A stretch of 64,000 nucleotides of DNA from Chamaesiphon sp. (GTDB taxonomy: Bacteria; Cyanobacteriota; Cyanobacteriia; Cyanobacteriales; Chamaesiphonaceae): positions 128,001 to 192,000 of the forward strand of contig CBDFFH010000021.1 in assembly GCA_965246715.1 (NCBI GenBank), given 5' to 3'. The position numbers were made by a program, and so were the translations under genes. Below, piece by piece: positions 48,601-59,222 of this stretch (its first letter is position 1; each line of letters begins with the position of its first letter). A model generated the notes under the pieces. The model was given only the letters and a program-made list of their open reading frames with translations. It was not told the origin of the DNA and did not search any database.

Positions 48601-50984
48601 CGATCGAGCGATGACTCTAATTCAGCCAGCTCGTTACTCGAAGAATTAAAATCTAATTCGCCCACATTACTAGTGGCGCTCTGCAACTCTAATTCACTAA
48701 AATCAGCAACATCTAAATCTAAGTCTCCTGACGGAATCGAAGCGTTAGTTAAGAGATTAAAGTCTAACTCGTCAACATCTGGCACTTGCGATGTCGCTTG
48801 CTGGATCGACTCGTCAGTTAAAGTATGAAAGTCTATTTCGCCACCAGCGTTCGAATCGCCTAACTGACTATTGTCAGCCGTTTTGGGAGTGCCTGCGAGA
48901 TCTTCAAAAGCGATCGCCAGCTCTAGATTTGGACTTGATTCGTTCGAGTTCAGTACGCCTAAATCTACCGCTGTAAATCGATCGGCTTCATTTTGTTCCA
49001 ACGAAAAATCGATCCAGTTGGTTAATTCTGTAGCTACATTAGCAGCAGAAGTATCAGCATTTATTGCTAATGGCGGACTATTTAAGTCTTCCAAAAAGAG
49101 AATATCGGATGTCAAATCGCTAGTGGTTTTAGCATTGGTTAGCTCGGTTTCCCAGTTCTCTCCAGACGGTTCGAGATCGGCAGTTGTAACCGATCGCTCT
49201 TCAGTGTTATTTTCTAGATCGAACGCCAGCGACTCTAGTGGCGTGTCGATCGCTGGCAAGTCAGACTCTTGTGCCAGTGCGGCTGATAACTCGACAATCG
49301 CGGGAACGGACGCATCCACCCCAGCTGTTGGCTCCTGTACCAATTCAGCCTTGGGAGGTGTGACAGTCGGAAATAGATCGCTCATTTGAGCGTCTAATGT
49401 AAATTCTGGAGCCGCAATATCGAGATCGACGGCTGGAGAAGAGTCGGGTTGGAAACGATCTCCGAGACTGTCGGGTAAATCGAGTGCCGAATATAGCGAT
49501 TGCTGTGGTGCGGTTAATTGGGTGTCAGACCAGAAATTAACGATGTCGCCATCATTAAGATCGCCTAGTTCGGGAGTATAAAACGTCTCCTCATCATATT
49601 CGAGCGCTGAGGGATCGGTTGCGAGCAGAATTGGTGTTGCCAGCACAGGCAAGTCAACTGGATCGGCGACCTGTAATTCGACTGGATCGATTGCTAGCTC
49701 AGCAAAATCGATTGGCGAGTTGTCATTGAGATCGAACAAATCATCCTCGGTCATCCAAGTATCCTCGTCGGCCAGCTCGCCATTGAGCGAGTTCATAAAA
49801 TCATCTAATTCAACGGTCTTAGCATCGAAATTAGCATCGCTGTGGGTAGTTAAATTGATAAAACTATCGTTGGCGGCGATCGGATCGATCGCTGGTACAG
49901 TTGACTGGAGCGCGGCAGCTCGGTCGCTAAGGGGCATCTGTTCGGTCAGAGACTGCGACAAGATTGCTGGTAGCTCGTTTGTCGCCACGAGGGAATTAGT
50001 AATCGTCGAGAGCACGGGGGCTAACGATGCGGGAAGCGGATCTGTAGAGCCGGTTGGTGACGAATTCAGCTTTTGGGTCGTCTCATCGCCTTCGATCTGC
50101 ATAGTTAAAAATGGATCGTGAGGATTGTCTACTCTAAATAGCTCTGGCTGCCGTTCGGGCTGATGCGCTACTCGCTCTTGACGTTCGATTAATGTTACTA
50201 GATCGGGAGGAATCTGAATCGCGCTAGGACGACCCGATAACACAAAAATTTGGGCTTGCTTGACAGCAATGCCAATCTTTTCACCTAATTGTGGCAAGGT
50301 GTTGTGAGGATTGGCGATCGCGAGCCGACAAGCTGCAAATAAATTGCTCCATTCGAGGAACTCAAAATTTTCGCCGAGATTGCCTAATTTTTGGCAGATC
50401 TTTTGGATTTGCGATCGAATTTCTGGGCGATCGAGTTGCAAGCACAATTCGGCAATTTCACCCAGTTTGCGAGTGACGTACTCGCCAAAAACTTGTTCGA
50501 CAGCAGGCTCTGGGGGTACATCTCGTGTGGGCAGTTCTTGAATTTTGGGGGCTGGCTCGATCTGCGTCAGTAAGTGTTGCAGATATGATTTGAGTTCTTC
50601 AAAGACCGGATCGCCGATCGGATCTGGAGTAGCTAAGTTGCGGCGATAAGGATCGTTCGAGGCCTTCACATCATCGATCGCCGCGCGTAAAAAATTGAAG
50701 CTTTCGAGAAATAACGATTGGAGGTGACGATCGACCGCAATTTGCGGCTGTTCTTTCAGGAGCTTGAAGTTGGCTTCAAATTGGTTGCCGACTTGTTGGA
50801 CATCCGTGAGTCCCAACATCGCCGCACTCCCTTTGATCGAATGTGCGGCCCGAAATAGCTCGCGAATCGTCGCTGGTTGGCGGACTGTTTCGGGCAGTTT
50901 GCCCAAGCCTTGCTCGATCGTGTGTAAGTGTTCGCTAGCTTCTTCTAAAAAGTAGCCCAGAATGCGATCTTGTTGTTCTGCCAT
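45642..50984 (-). CDS. pilL: Hybrid CheA-like kinase (Hpt, long acidic linker, dimerisation, HATPase, CheW, REC); PilL/HmpE type
   Basis: LFRAAHSIKG (Hpt), LDNLNNLVGELV, HMVNNAIAHGIE, DDGAGID, GRGVGMDVV, C-terminal DDS...CDIEMP. Confidence 0.93.
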   Translation of the reverse strand: MAEQQDRILGYFLEEASEHLHTIEQGLGKLPETVRQPATIRELFRAAHSIKGSAAMLGLTDVQQVGNQFEANFKLLKEQPQIAVDRHLQSLFLESFNFLRAAIDDVKASNDPYRRNLATPDPIGDPVFEELKSYLQHLLTQIEPAPKIQELPTRDVPPEPAVEQVFGEYVTRKLGEIAELCLQLDRPEIRSQIQKICQKLGNLGENFEFLEWSNLFAACRLAIANPHNTLPQLGEKIGIAVKQAQIFVLSGRPSAIQIPPDLVTLIERQERVAHQPERQPELFRVDNPHDPFLTMQIEGDETTQKLNSSPTGSTDPLPASLAPVLSTITNSLVATNELPAILSQSLTEQMPLSDRAAALQSTVPAIDPIAANDSFINLTTHSDANFDAKTVELDDFMNSLNGELADEDTWMTEDDLFDLNDNSPIDFAELAIDPVELQVADPVDLPVLATPILLATDPSALEYDEETFYTPELGDLNDGDIVNFWSDTQLTAPQQSLYSALDLPDSLGDRFQPDSSPAVDLDIAAPEFTLDAQMSDLFPTVTPPKAELVQEPTAGVDASVPAIVELSAALAQESDLPAIDTPLESLAFDLENNTEERSVTTADLEPSGENWETELTNAKTTSDLTSDILFLEDLNSPPLAINADTSAANVATELTNWIDFSLEQNEADRFTAVDLGVLNSNESSPNLELAIAFEDLAGTPKTADNSQLGDSNAGGEIDFHTLTDESIQQATSQVPDVDELDFNLLTNASIPSGDLDLDVADFSELELQSATSNVGELDFNSSSNELAELESSLDRIEELDFDFTAAKPLDLVGSDLDNGALDLNPAGNSVDRESAIDRDLKALELNFSGDEDLSPSIVGEAALSESSDFGGLDFSFLDEDNADSDGSDDPASALDRTNALFDDWNLNYLTDRTEEIASASDLTAEMPQSIPSNPELASALSEISSSDRDRDFAELDLQVLDNSAGSADRATSNENANFNMDLLALDLSADLDRVGTNEAFTTASLQEDRLSSFEDLSELDFNFDNSNTDLADRELLDLAGMFADPTDDLTDASSLDALLGGAAILGVGGVVLTETGAFDGLDDLIGTAAPTANSAAPLDDLDLLLAAPTPTVVEPPAVSIEKKAPDRRSKQRTFEQTMRVSVRHLDNLNNLVGELVVNRNTLEQDQNRMRQFIEKLLSEVQKLNEVGKRMQDLYERSLMENSLVASRQQYKPTATPNSVPANLQDLEQTGALMEYDPLEMDRFTPIHLLSQKMIELTVRIRESTADIEFVVDGSTEVTRTLRQITGQLQEDLTKSRMVPFAQTADRLQRGVRENGLKYGKQIELSVDGRDTLIDKVILESLTDPLIHMVNNAIAHGIESAETRQAAGKLPEGKITIRALHQGNQTIISISDDGAGIDTERVKAKAIEKGIITARQAAAMSKTETYELLFLPSFSTKDAADELAGRGVGMDVVRTSLTEIRGTIATESQLGVGTTFTIRLPLALSIAKALIAVNNKTNIAFPMDGIEDTQDVSPEQIQTNQAGEQCIFWRDELMPFKPLSDLLGFNRPLSRNNFYGTQEDDSELISILILRSDGNLIAVQVDKIVGDQEIVIKPLQGPASKPLGIAGATVLGDGRIVPIADVMELTALANGTLTRHVSTQWADRINTPTVELRESMVLIVDDSITVRELLSLTFKRAGYRVEQARDGQEAWDKLRAGLPCDIVFCDIEMPRMDGLEFLSRIQKDAALKKVPVAMLTSRGSDRHRQIASQLGASGYFIKPYLEEALLDAAKRMIQGEVLAIV

Positions 50985-51000
50985 AGCTAGTGACTAGGGG

Positions 51001-51100
<100 letters not shown>

Positions 51101-54100
51101 CTACTCGACTTTGAATCGTTCGACGTAAGTTAAGAGGTTGCGGGCGACAACTACCAGGTTTTCCAGGGAGGAAGATACTTTCTGGGCTTCTTGAGAGGTT
51201 GACTGAGCTTGAATTTCGACCGATTGCATTACTTCGGTGACGGCTTTGGAAGTTTCGCGTTGCTCGATCGTATCGGAGGTAATCGATCGCACGAGGGCAT
51301 CGATCCGATTGGATACTTGGATGATGTCATCGAGCGATCGTTTGGCTTGCTCTGCCAGTTTGGTACCTTGGATGACCTGTTGGGTACCTTGTTCCATCGC
51401 GGCCATTACCGAGCCAGTTTCACTTTGAATCTGAAGTACGATATGCTCGATTTCTTTGAGCGCTTTCGCACTTCTGTCGGCTAGTTGGCGGACTTCATCG
51501 GCAACGATCGCAAATCCTTTGCCGGATTCTCCGGCTCTGGCTGCTTCGATACTGGCGTTGAGGGCGAGTAAGTTGGTCCGCGAGGCAATTTGCGAAATTA
51601 CCGAGACGATTTGCGAGATTTGTTGCGAAGATTCGGCTAAGCGTTTGACTTTGCGCGTACTTTCGGCGACCGTTTCCCGGATCTCTTGAATACCTGCTAC
51701 CGTGCGGTCTACCGCTTCCCCACCTCGGAGGGCGGTAGATGATGCGGTACGAGCGACTTCCTCTGATTCCCGGGCGCTTTCGGCTACCCGTTTGATCGAG
51801 GCAGTCATCATTTGAACGGAGTTCACGGTGACGGCCAATTCTTCAGCTTGGCTGAGGGCATCGGAAGACAATCGCCGCGCGAAGGCTTCACTTTCGGTCG
51901 AACCTTGGTTGACCTGAACTGCGGCAACTTGAACCTGTTGTACGATTTGGCGCAGACTATCGATCGTTAGGTTGAACGAGTCAGCAACCGCACCGAGCAC
52001 GTCGGCAGTTACTTCGGCTTTCACCGTTAGATCTCCGCGTGCTGCACCTTCTACATCATCTAGCAGCCGGATTACTTGGCGTTGGAGTTCGTCCTTGGCT
52101 TGTTCCATTTCCCGTGCTTTCCGTTGGGCTTCGGAGTTACTGACGACTACCGATTGCAACATGTAATTGAACGAGGAAGCTAATTGACCGAGTTCGTCTT
52201 GAGACGCAATTGTCGCTCTCGCGGTCATATTGCCCTGAGCAACTTGCTCGAAGTTGGATTGGAGATCGCGCACGCCGCGACCGACTTGCTTGGTATAGCG
52301 TCCGGCCAAGAGTGTCGCCACCCCAAAGCTAGTCAGACCACCCACGAGTGCCATGATGCCGCCTGCTTGCTGCAATGGTGCCCGCACTTCTTTGGCGATC
52401 TTGGCATCGAGTGTCAGGCTCATCACACATGTCGCACCAGCGATCGCGAGTGCCGTCCCGATCCCCGCAACACTAGAAATCAACCATTGCTTTTTCTGGA
52501 ACGAGGCGTTTTCAAATGGTGCGAAGATCCCTTGGGGAGTGACGAGATTTGTCATATTGGGGCCATCTTCACGGTAGATATTGCTAATCGTCCCAGGTTG
52601 CGGATTTTTGATGCCAGAGATCGATACGCCATTGATAAAGGTCGAACTATCATCGAACATCCCCGAAGATCTGGGGATGTTGAAAGAGGATGGTGTCGCC
52701 CGATCGAGGAAGTCGTCTGGCAAATCTAAAAATCCCGATTGGGGTTCGTCGCCACTAATTGGGCCGGAATTACCATGGCTATTAGTACTCAGGTCGGAAC
52801 TGGCGTTTAATGCGGCACCACGACCGTTGTGCAGTGAGCCAGAATTAGCAGAGTATGGTTCAAAGGCTGCTTGTAAAGCTGGGGAGATCTCCATGTTGGC
52901 CATATCGAGATCGACATCAGAGTAGCTATTGCCACCGTTCGCTCGATTTGTTTCAGCGGCATCGAGTTGACGCTCGTCGGTCAACCAGTTGGCAGTACTA
53001 GCCTGTTGTCCGGTTGGCGGCCAAGCTAGTGGCAGCGCACCACTAATTTCATTGAGTGCATCCGAAATATCTTCAACCGAAAAGTTAACTCGATCGGCAT
53101 TTTGGTGATTCGCTTGCACAAAGGCTGATGAGGCAGCGGCTTCGCCACCGGCAGGACTAGAATTTTCTCCGTGTTGCATTGCTGCTGCCTTTGGATTAGA
53201 GATCATCGTCGGTCGTGAAGCCAGTTCCTGCGGATCGTCGAGCGTAAATTGTCGATCTCGATGCTCTGCTGATGCAGTTTGCGCTCGATCGCTAGTGGAA
53301 CTTGCGGCTGGGGTATCACGCCGATTGCTCGTGGACTCCGATCGCTCGTTATCGTTGCTGGTTGCTGGTCGATCGGGATCGAAAGTTGCAAAAGCACGAT
53401 GAGCGGCTGGTGAAATATTGAAAAAGCCGGTATCGTCTACTGCTTCAGTCGTCGCAGCCACAGGTAATGCATCAAAGGGATTGCGAGCGAGATCTTCACT
53501 ACCATCTTCTTGAGTATAACCAAACGCAAAAGCATCAGTCAGCGTTTCTTGTTCGTTGTTGTGATAGCCAGTTGCTACTTGCGTTTGTTTTTGGCCGTTG
53601 GTATTGGAATCGATCGAGAAATAGTCGGTAGCTTGACTGGGAAATAATTGTCCCGAGACATCAACATTAAAGTTTAGGGCGGCCAGATCGAAATCTTCAT
53701 CGGCAGTAAGATCTTCAGGTTGCCGCCAAGTCAATAATTCCCCTGGATCGGTCGTAGTTTCACGATAATGACCGCCAGAATCACCGCCATCAAATTGCTG
53801 CCGATCGACTCCTTGGTTAAACCGCTCCGCAGAAGCATCATTCGTTTCACTCAAGCAAGAATTGGCATATTCCAAGCCACTATTGGCAAATTGGATGAAC
53901 TCCGAATCTGTAGAGATCTTGAGCACATGCTCGTACTCTTTTTTCCCGATTTCATACTGATATAGCCCGTAACAATAAATGTGTCCTCTGAGCAACCTAA
54001 CGCTAGGATCGTTACTAAACTTGCTAACTAGGCCATCGATAATTGTCGCAGACTGTTGATAATTTCCTTGCAAATAAGCAGTTTCTGCAAGCTGATATTC

Positions 54101-54139
54101 GTGTGTATAGTCTTGAGTGTAGTCAGAATTAGAAATCAT
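51101..54139 (-). CDS. pilJ: Methyl-accepting chemotaxis protein with N-terminal TPR-like region (PilJ/HmpD type)
   Basis: TPR-like start, long polar linker, two TM segments, HAMP ([11 protein letters not shown]), [34 protein letters not shown]. Confidence 0.93.
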   Translation of the reverse strand: MISNSDYTQDYTHEYQLAETAYLQGNYQQSATIIDGLVSKFSNDPSVRLLRGHIYCYGLYQYEIGKKEYEHVLKISTDSEFIQFANSGLEYANSCLSETNDASAERFNQGVDRQQFDGGDSGGHYRETTTDPGELLTWRQPEDLTADEDFDLAALNFNVDVSGQLFPSQATDYFSIDSNTNGQKQTQVATGYHNNEQETLTDAFAFGYTQEDGSEDLARNPFDALPVAATTEAVDDTGFFNISPAAHRAFATFDPDRPATSNDNERSESTSNRRDTPAASSTSDRAQTASAEHRDRQFTLDDPQELASRPTMISNPKAAAMQHGENSSPAGGEAAASSAFVQANHQNADRVNFSVEDISDALNEISGALPLAWPPTGQQASTANWLTDERQLDAAETNRANGGNSYSDVDLDMANMEISPALQAAFEPYSANSGSLHNGRGAALNASSDLSTNSHGNSGPISGDEPQSGFLDLPDDFLDRATPSSFNIPRSSGMFDDSSTFINGVSISGIKNPQPGTISNIYREDGPNMTNLVTPQGIFAPFENASFQKKQWLISSVAGIGTALAIAGATCVMSLTLDAKIAKEVRAPLQQAGGIMALVGGLTSFGVATLLAGRYTKQVGRGVRDLQSNFEQVAQGNMTARATIASQDELGQLASSFNYMLQSVVVSNSEAQRKAREMEQAKDELQRQVIRLLDDVEGAARGDLTVKAEVTADVLGAVADSFNLTIDSLRQIVQQVQVAAVQVNQGSTESEAFARRLSSDALSQAEELAVTVNSVQMMTASIKRVAESARESEEVARTASSTALRGGEAVDRTVAGIQEIRETVAESTRKVKRLAESSQQISQIVSVISQIASRTNLLALNASIEAARAGESGKGFAIVADEVRQLADRSAKALKEIEHIVLQIQSETGSVMAAMEQGTQQVIQGTKLAEQAKRSLDDIIQVSNRIDALVRSITSDTIEQRETSKAVTEVMQSVEIQAQSTSQEAQKVSSSLENLVVVARNLLTYVERFKVE

Positions 54140-54375
54140 TTTGCTCCCTGTCAGTAACTAGTCGATGTTATGAAATATGTATATGTTTCTTATAAACTTC
54201 GAGCGCCATAGCTGGCTTAAGTATTGCTAAATATGGTTGAAAACGATTTTGATGAGGTCGCAATCGATATTAACAAGTGAAGTTTAAGTAATAATATTGG
54301 TATGGCGAATGTAGCTAAAACATTAGTCTCCAGCGCTGATTGCATAACAAGCAATTTCAGCTAACGTCATTATTG

Positions 54376-54900
54376 TTAAATCGCCCAATTAGGCGAGCGG
54401 AGAATCGCTACTCGATCTAATAATCGGAGTTCTGGAGTATTGGTGTCGGGCATGGCATAAACTCCATTGACAAACCCGCTCATGGCAGTCGGAATATTGG
54501 AATTACCCACTAGCCGATCGACATCCAACCACTCGGTGTTTGCCACTTCTTCAACGGCAAAGCCCACGATCAGTTCGCGATCTTCGACTATGAGTAAGGC
54601 AATTTCATTGCGATCGGTATCGACTAAAACTCCATCACCTAAGAATTGTCCGAGATCGGCAATCCAGACCACTTGACCGCGCCAATTATAAGTCCCTAAG
54701 AAAAAGGGCGAAGCATTGGGAATCGGCGTAATCCGATCGAGATAAACTGACATCACTTCTCGCACGCCAGAGGCCGGAATGGCAAACTCATTGCCAGAAG
54801 GTACTCTAAAGCGCAGACACAGTTCTCCTTCCCGCGTGTCAGGGGTGACGTTGGGAGTGGGAGTATCATCACTGGTGAGAAAATCTAAATTGAGAACCAT
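54376..54900 (-). CDS. pilI: CheW-like adaptor (PilI/HmpC type)
   Basis: VREV...ITPIPNA...LGTYNWRGQVVWIADL..FLG, VGFAVEEV. Confidence 0.9.
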   Translation of the reverse strand: MVLNLDFLTSDDTPTPNVTPDTREGELCLRFRVPSGNEFAIPASGVREVMSVYLDRITPIPNASPFFLGTYNWRGQVVWIADLGQFLGDGVLVDTDRNEIALLIVEDRELIVGFAVEEVANTEWLDVDRLVGNSNIPTAMSGFVNGVYAMPDTNTPELRLLDRVAILRSPNWAI

Positions 54901-54945
54901 TAGACCCGTCCTAATTTGGCAGTAACTATTTGCTGGAATCGATTG

Positions 54946-55311
54946 TTAATTGCGGAGTAATTGTTTGATGGTGCCGATTAATTCAACTGGGTCGAAAGGT
55001 TTACACACATAGGCATCCGCACCTTGTCGCATTCCCCAATGTTTATCGAAATCTTCACCTTTAGAGCTGCATAGAATTACTGGCACATTTTGAGTTTTGG
55101 GATCTGATTTAAGTTTGCGGCAGACCTCATAACCATTCATTTTGGGCATGACCACATCGAGGACGACAATATCGGGTAAGGTGGCCAGTGCAACTGCGAC
55201 TGCTTGTTCGCCATCCATCGCTACATTAACGGTCATACCACTAGCTTGGAGTAGCTCTTTCATCATTTCCCGTTGAGCGGTACTATCATCCACAACTAGA
55301 ACTGTTTTCAT
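54946..55311 (-). CDS. pilH: CheY-like response regulator (PilH/HmpB type)
   Basis: MKTVLVVDDS...DVVMPKMNGYEVCR...CSSK...WGMRQGADAY.CKPF; start placed at the ATG at 55311 (121 aa). Confidence 0.93.
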   Translation of the reverse strand: MKTVLVVDDSTAQREMMKELLQASGMTVNVAMDGEQAVAVALATLPDIVVLDVVMPKMNGYEVCRKLKSDPKTQNVPVILCSSKGEDFDKHWGMRQGADAYVCKPFDPVELIGTIKQLLRN

Positions 55312-56109
55312 ATATCTGCTAAGCGATGGGGTATATGGACACTGAATCGGTAGACTCGGACAATGCACGCTGATAATTAAACATAGTAAATAAATTTCAT
55401 AGCTAATTCTGATAAGGAGCTGGGATTGGCAGCGAGCCAAACTAGGAGGGTAGCACGGCTAATGTCGATCTAGCCATTGGCGCTGGTGGAGCTGTTGTTG
55501 GGGCAACAGCTTTCGGACGCGAGCAGCGTCGGGCGATTTGGACTGGATAAATGGAGCGAAAACAGCACTGATGTTGATGTTCGCCAGATCGAACGCCGAT
55601 CTGCATTTATGTCCGCTACATTCAGTTTTCCCACACATGCACTCTTTTGTTGCATTATCTCCAAGATCGATCGAAAATTCAGTGATTTTGTGCTGATGAC
55701 AGTTGGCAGTCGATGTATATATAGTTGTTGGTAGTGGCAATGCCCCACTTAAGCTCAGACTTAGCTGGCATTCTCCTGCAATCGTGCGATTGAGAAATTA
55801 AGTATCTAAGCACATCCTGCACCGTTCGCAGCCAGTCTTCACGCCACAACAATCGCTAATCCTCAGTAATGTGCCTAGTCGAGTCATCTGCTGGCAGCGA
55901 TTCCCAATGGTCGAAGATCGCTGTTTACATCGATTTGATGCCGTTACGATCGATAAGATCTGGGTGCTGTGTTCCGCGCGAAAGCGTAAGCATAGCTGCG
56001 GCAGGTCGAACTGGTTGTTGGCTCAGATTTATAATATGGATTAACTTACGCGATTCTATATGCTGGGCAAAAACCTAAATTTATTTATATAAGACAAGGG
56101 AATATCAAA

Positions 56110-57831
56110 GTGTTGTATCTAGCAGAAGTCCAAAAACCAAAATCTGGGTTTAATATTAGCGGTAGAAGTAAAGCTGAACTCAAACTATTAGCTTGTCAGC
56201 GTACCGAACAAAATTGGAGTGCGATTCCTGGGGAAGAGCTAGTTGTGGCACCCGATGATACCAATAACTACAATCCTGGCGTACTCGTATTGATCGAGAT
56301 GAATGCCAATCGGCAGATTCAGTCGCAAGTGCGAGATGCTGGCAAACATTTGGTGGGTATTTTGCAAAGTCTGTCCCGGCAAATCGAAAAATATAAAAAA
56401 GAATCCGACGAAATCGAAAGTTGGCGGCAATCGCTCGGTTTACAAAGCCAGCAGTTACAACTCCGGCAAGAAGAAATCTACGGGCGGGAAGAAGATCTCG
56501 AACACACGCGCGCAGAACTCGATCGGTTGACCCAAGAAGCCCAAGCACTCGAATCGACACTCGAACAACACGAACAGTCGCGCAAAGAATTAGCCGAACG
56601 CTGGGAACGGTTGCGGGAACAAGAGGAACGGATCGAGCGGCAACAACAATCGATGGGTACGAGCTTGAGCGAACAGCAAGTTGCGGAAATTCGCACGGCA
56701 TTATCGCAATTGGGTGGTACCAATAGTAGTTTAAATCCCCAACAATTAGAAACTACAGCTACCGCAATCGAGTTACAACAAGATCTCCTCAACGGATACT
56801 GGCAGCAATACAATCACTGTCAACAAAGTTTAGTTGAAACCCAAGCCCAACTCGATCGTCAACAACATGAAATCGAACAACGCAGACAGCAACTTCAAGA
56901 ATTGCAAACTTCGCTCGAAAAAACTCAAACCGACTGGGAAGTTCAACAGCAACTTTTAAGCAAACAGCAAGAATATCTGCAACGGTTGACCGTTCGGATC
57001 GATCTCGAGCAAGAAAACTATCAGAAAATTTATCTGATGTCTAAAGGTGCTGGTGGCGAAATCGGTGATGACCTAAAAATCGACCTCGAACAGTTGGAAG
57101 CAATGCCGATTGGCGAACTGCAATCGACTGTTGAAAGTCTGGAAAAAGAAGTCGCTCGATCGGTCGAATTCGTTCATTTAGAAGAAGAAGAACTGCAAGA
57201 AAAGCAAGCAGCGATCGATGAACTCACCCAAGCTATTTCACAGGCAAATGAGTTCGACAAGCTCAAATTAGAAGCCGATCTCGCGGAGGAACAAGATGGG
57301 TATAATATGCTCGACCATACCTTAGATGGTCAACGCCAAACAATGAAGGAACGTCAAATGTTCCTCCAAATTCACAATCGGGTATTGCGCCAACGTCAAG
57401 GACATCCCCCCGCAGGCGCAGATGCCGCTCAAATTGATTGGGAATCGATCCTAAATCTGTTGGAACACCAACGCCAACAGCAACAGTCTGAATTCACTCA
57501 AGTCGAATCCGAAATTCACCAGCTCAGAACTACGCTCGAACAAGCAAAGGCAAGAGTCGAGCAACAAGTCAATACTTATCTATCTGAATCTCAATCAGTC
57601 CAACAACTCGAAGTCCAATATCAAGCAACCAAAGAATTGGTGACAGAGCTAAACACTAAAATTAACTTGTATCAGGAGACAATTCAGCCATTACAACAGC
57701 AGATCGATGCCTTCAAACAGCAGTTGGGCGATTTAGCTGATGCCGCCGAGCACCAGCCTGAAAATCACCATGCGATGCAACAAATCGAATCACTATTGAA
57801 TAATCTCGTTCATGGTACGCCGATGGGATAG
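56110..57831 (+). CDS. hmpF: Pilus motility/taxis coiled-coil protein HmpF
   Basis: MLYLAEVQK...AELKLLACQR.EQ.W start, then a long Q/E-rich coiled coil; divergent from the pil/hmp cluster. Confidence 0.9.
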   Translation: MLYLAEVQKPKSGFNISGRSKAELKLLACQRTEQNWSAIPGEELVVAPDDTNNYNPGVLVLIEMNANRQIQSQVRDAGKHLVGILQSLSRQIEKYKKESDEIESWRQSLGLQSQQLQLRQEEIYGREEDLEHTRAELDRLTQEAQALESTLEQHEQSRKELAERWERLREQEERIERQQQSMGTSLSEQQVAEIRTALSQLGGTNSSLNPQQLETTATAIELQQDLLNGYWQQYNHCQQSLVETQAQLDRQQHEIEQRRQQLQELQTSLEKTQTDWEVQQQLLSKQQEYLQRLTVRIDLEQENYQKIYLMSKGAGGEIGDDLKIDLEQLEAMPIGELQSTVESLEKEVARSVEFVHLEEEELQEKQAAIDELTQAISQANEFDKLKLEADLAEEQDGYNMLDHTLDGQRQTMKERQMFLQIHNRVLRQRQGHPPAGADAAQIDWESILNLLEHQRQQQQSEFTQVESEIHQLRTTLEQAKARVEQQVNTYLSESQSVQQLEVQYQATKELVTELNTKINLYQETIQPLQQQIDAFKQQLGDLADAAEHQPENHHAMQQIESLLNNLVHGTPMG

Positions 57832-58011
57832 TTGAGAGTTAGGCTTTAGCTGTATAGTCCGTTCGATTAATGGTGAAAATTCGTCATTGGATCGTTCGCA
57901 TATCGTATCGGAGGTAATCGGATCGAGCAATTTAAATTCTTTGTGCTATGGATTCAATTGGTCTTTAGGCAATGACTCGATCGGATTAGCTAATCGATCG
58001 TCATAAGTACT

Positions 58012-58587
58012 ATGCCAGAATACCGCCGCGCTCATATCCCTGGAAGTACTGTATTTCTCACCCTCATTACTTACCAACGACATCAGTTATTTCTTACTCC
58101 TGTCAATATCGACAGGTTGAGACAGGCTTGCGCGATCGCAATGGCAGAGAAACCATTTACGATAGATGCTGCGGTTATCTTACCCGAACACGTTCATTTT
58201 TTGTGGACTCTACCGCCGGACGATCCAGATTATTCTTATCGAGTCGGACGGATGAAGGTGTTATTTACACGTGCGTTACGGGGTGCTAATAATTTACCGG
58301 AGGATGTATGTGAATCGCGCTGAAAACATCGGGAGAGTGATGTGTGGCAAAGGAGGTTTTATGAGCATACGATTCGGGATGAGGTGGATTTTCTCAAGCA
58401 TTTAGATTATTTACATTTCAATCCCGTCAAGCATGGGTTGGTGAAATGTGTACATGATTGGGAGTATTCGAGTTTTCATCGCGGGATACGTCGGGGTGAA
58501 TACAATCGCGCGTGGGGTTGTCAATGCGGGGACAATATTTTCACTCCACAAGTAGCAAGTTTAATGAATTTAGAGATGGGTGAATAA
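58012..58587 (+). pseudogene. REP-associated tyrosine transposase (RAYT) with an in-frame nonsense codon
   Basis: HUH motif ILPEHVH, WQRRFYEHTIRD, YLHFNPVKHG. TGA at 58321-58323 in SR*KHRESDVWQ; both ORF-track halves share one frame. Confidence 0.9.
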
Positions 58588-58600
58588 CATCAAATATCCC

Positions 58601-58870
58601 GTAGTGGGCATTGCCCACCAACACCATTTATGAATTAGTAATATAAAATTTGGATTTGTTATTATCGGTCGATTCGTGAAGAGATTGCGATCGAATCAAA
58701 CAGTTTAATTTCGTAGGGTGGGCAGTACCCACAGCACCATCGTCGATTTAGTAATATAAATATTGAGGTGTTTAATGTCGATCGATTAGTGAAGAGGTTA
58801 CGAGCGAATCAAATAATTTAAACTCTTATTGCTTCGGCTTTGAATGGTCTGTGGGCAGTGCCCACCCTAC
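58601..58870. repeat. GTAG-type REP array / REPIN
   Basis: gtagtgggcattgcccacc (58601), gtagggtgggcagtacccac (58713) and inverted gtgggcagtgcccaccctac (58851). The first two head ~112-bp degenerate direct repeats. Confidence 0.85.
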
Positions 58871-59222
58871 GTTTCTCTACAGACCTTTTGCCGATGTTTG
58901 GATTAATAACAAACAAGGAGTATCTCCAGACTTTACTTTGAGAGGAATTTCTGGTGAGAGTAATATTCGCGGATTTGTTCGGCATACTGCATCTGAAAAT
59001 AGAGTGCTCAGAACTAAAATAATAAAAGGAGTAGATAGAGCACAAGATCCAGATGCAAAAATTTTGGAAGAAATCCTAGCTAATACAAATACTCATGATA
59101 AAATTCACATTAACTTTTACACTGAACGACCTGTCTGTGAATCTTGTATAGATGTCATTGCTAATTTCTTAGCAGCACGCCCAAATGCAACAGTTTCAAC
59201 TTTTGGTGCAGTAATAAAATAA
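58851..59222 (+). pseudogene. Orphan polymorphic-toxin C-terminal fragment, deaminase-like
   Basis: ISG...R.QDPDAKILEEI...INFYTERPVCESC..VI..F....PN resembles toxin deaminases. The start lies inside a REP, there is no delivery domain, and an immunity gene follows directly. Confidence 0.6.

Noticed and set aside
54946..55440. 164-aa version of the CheY-like ORF
   Set aside because: The receiver domain starts at MKTVLVVDD (55311); the upstream 43 codons look non-coding.
58321..58323. In-frame TGA codons (here and at 10089) as selenocysteine or programmed readthrough
   Set aside because: The positions correspond to non-catalytic residues and both genes lie in decaying regions; simple nonsense mutations are more likely.
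58601..58870. Repeat-spacer pattern considered as a CRISPR array
   Set aside because: The units are GTAG REP palindromes next to a RAYT, the spacers resemble each other and are ~90 bp or more, and no cas genes are present.
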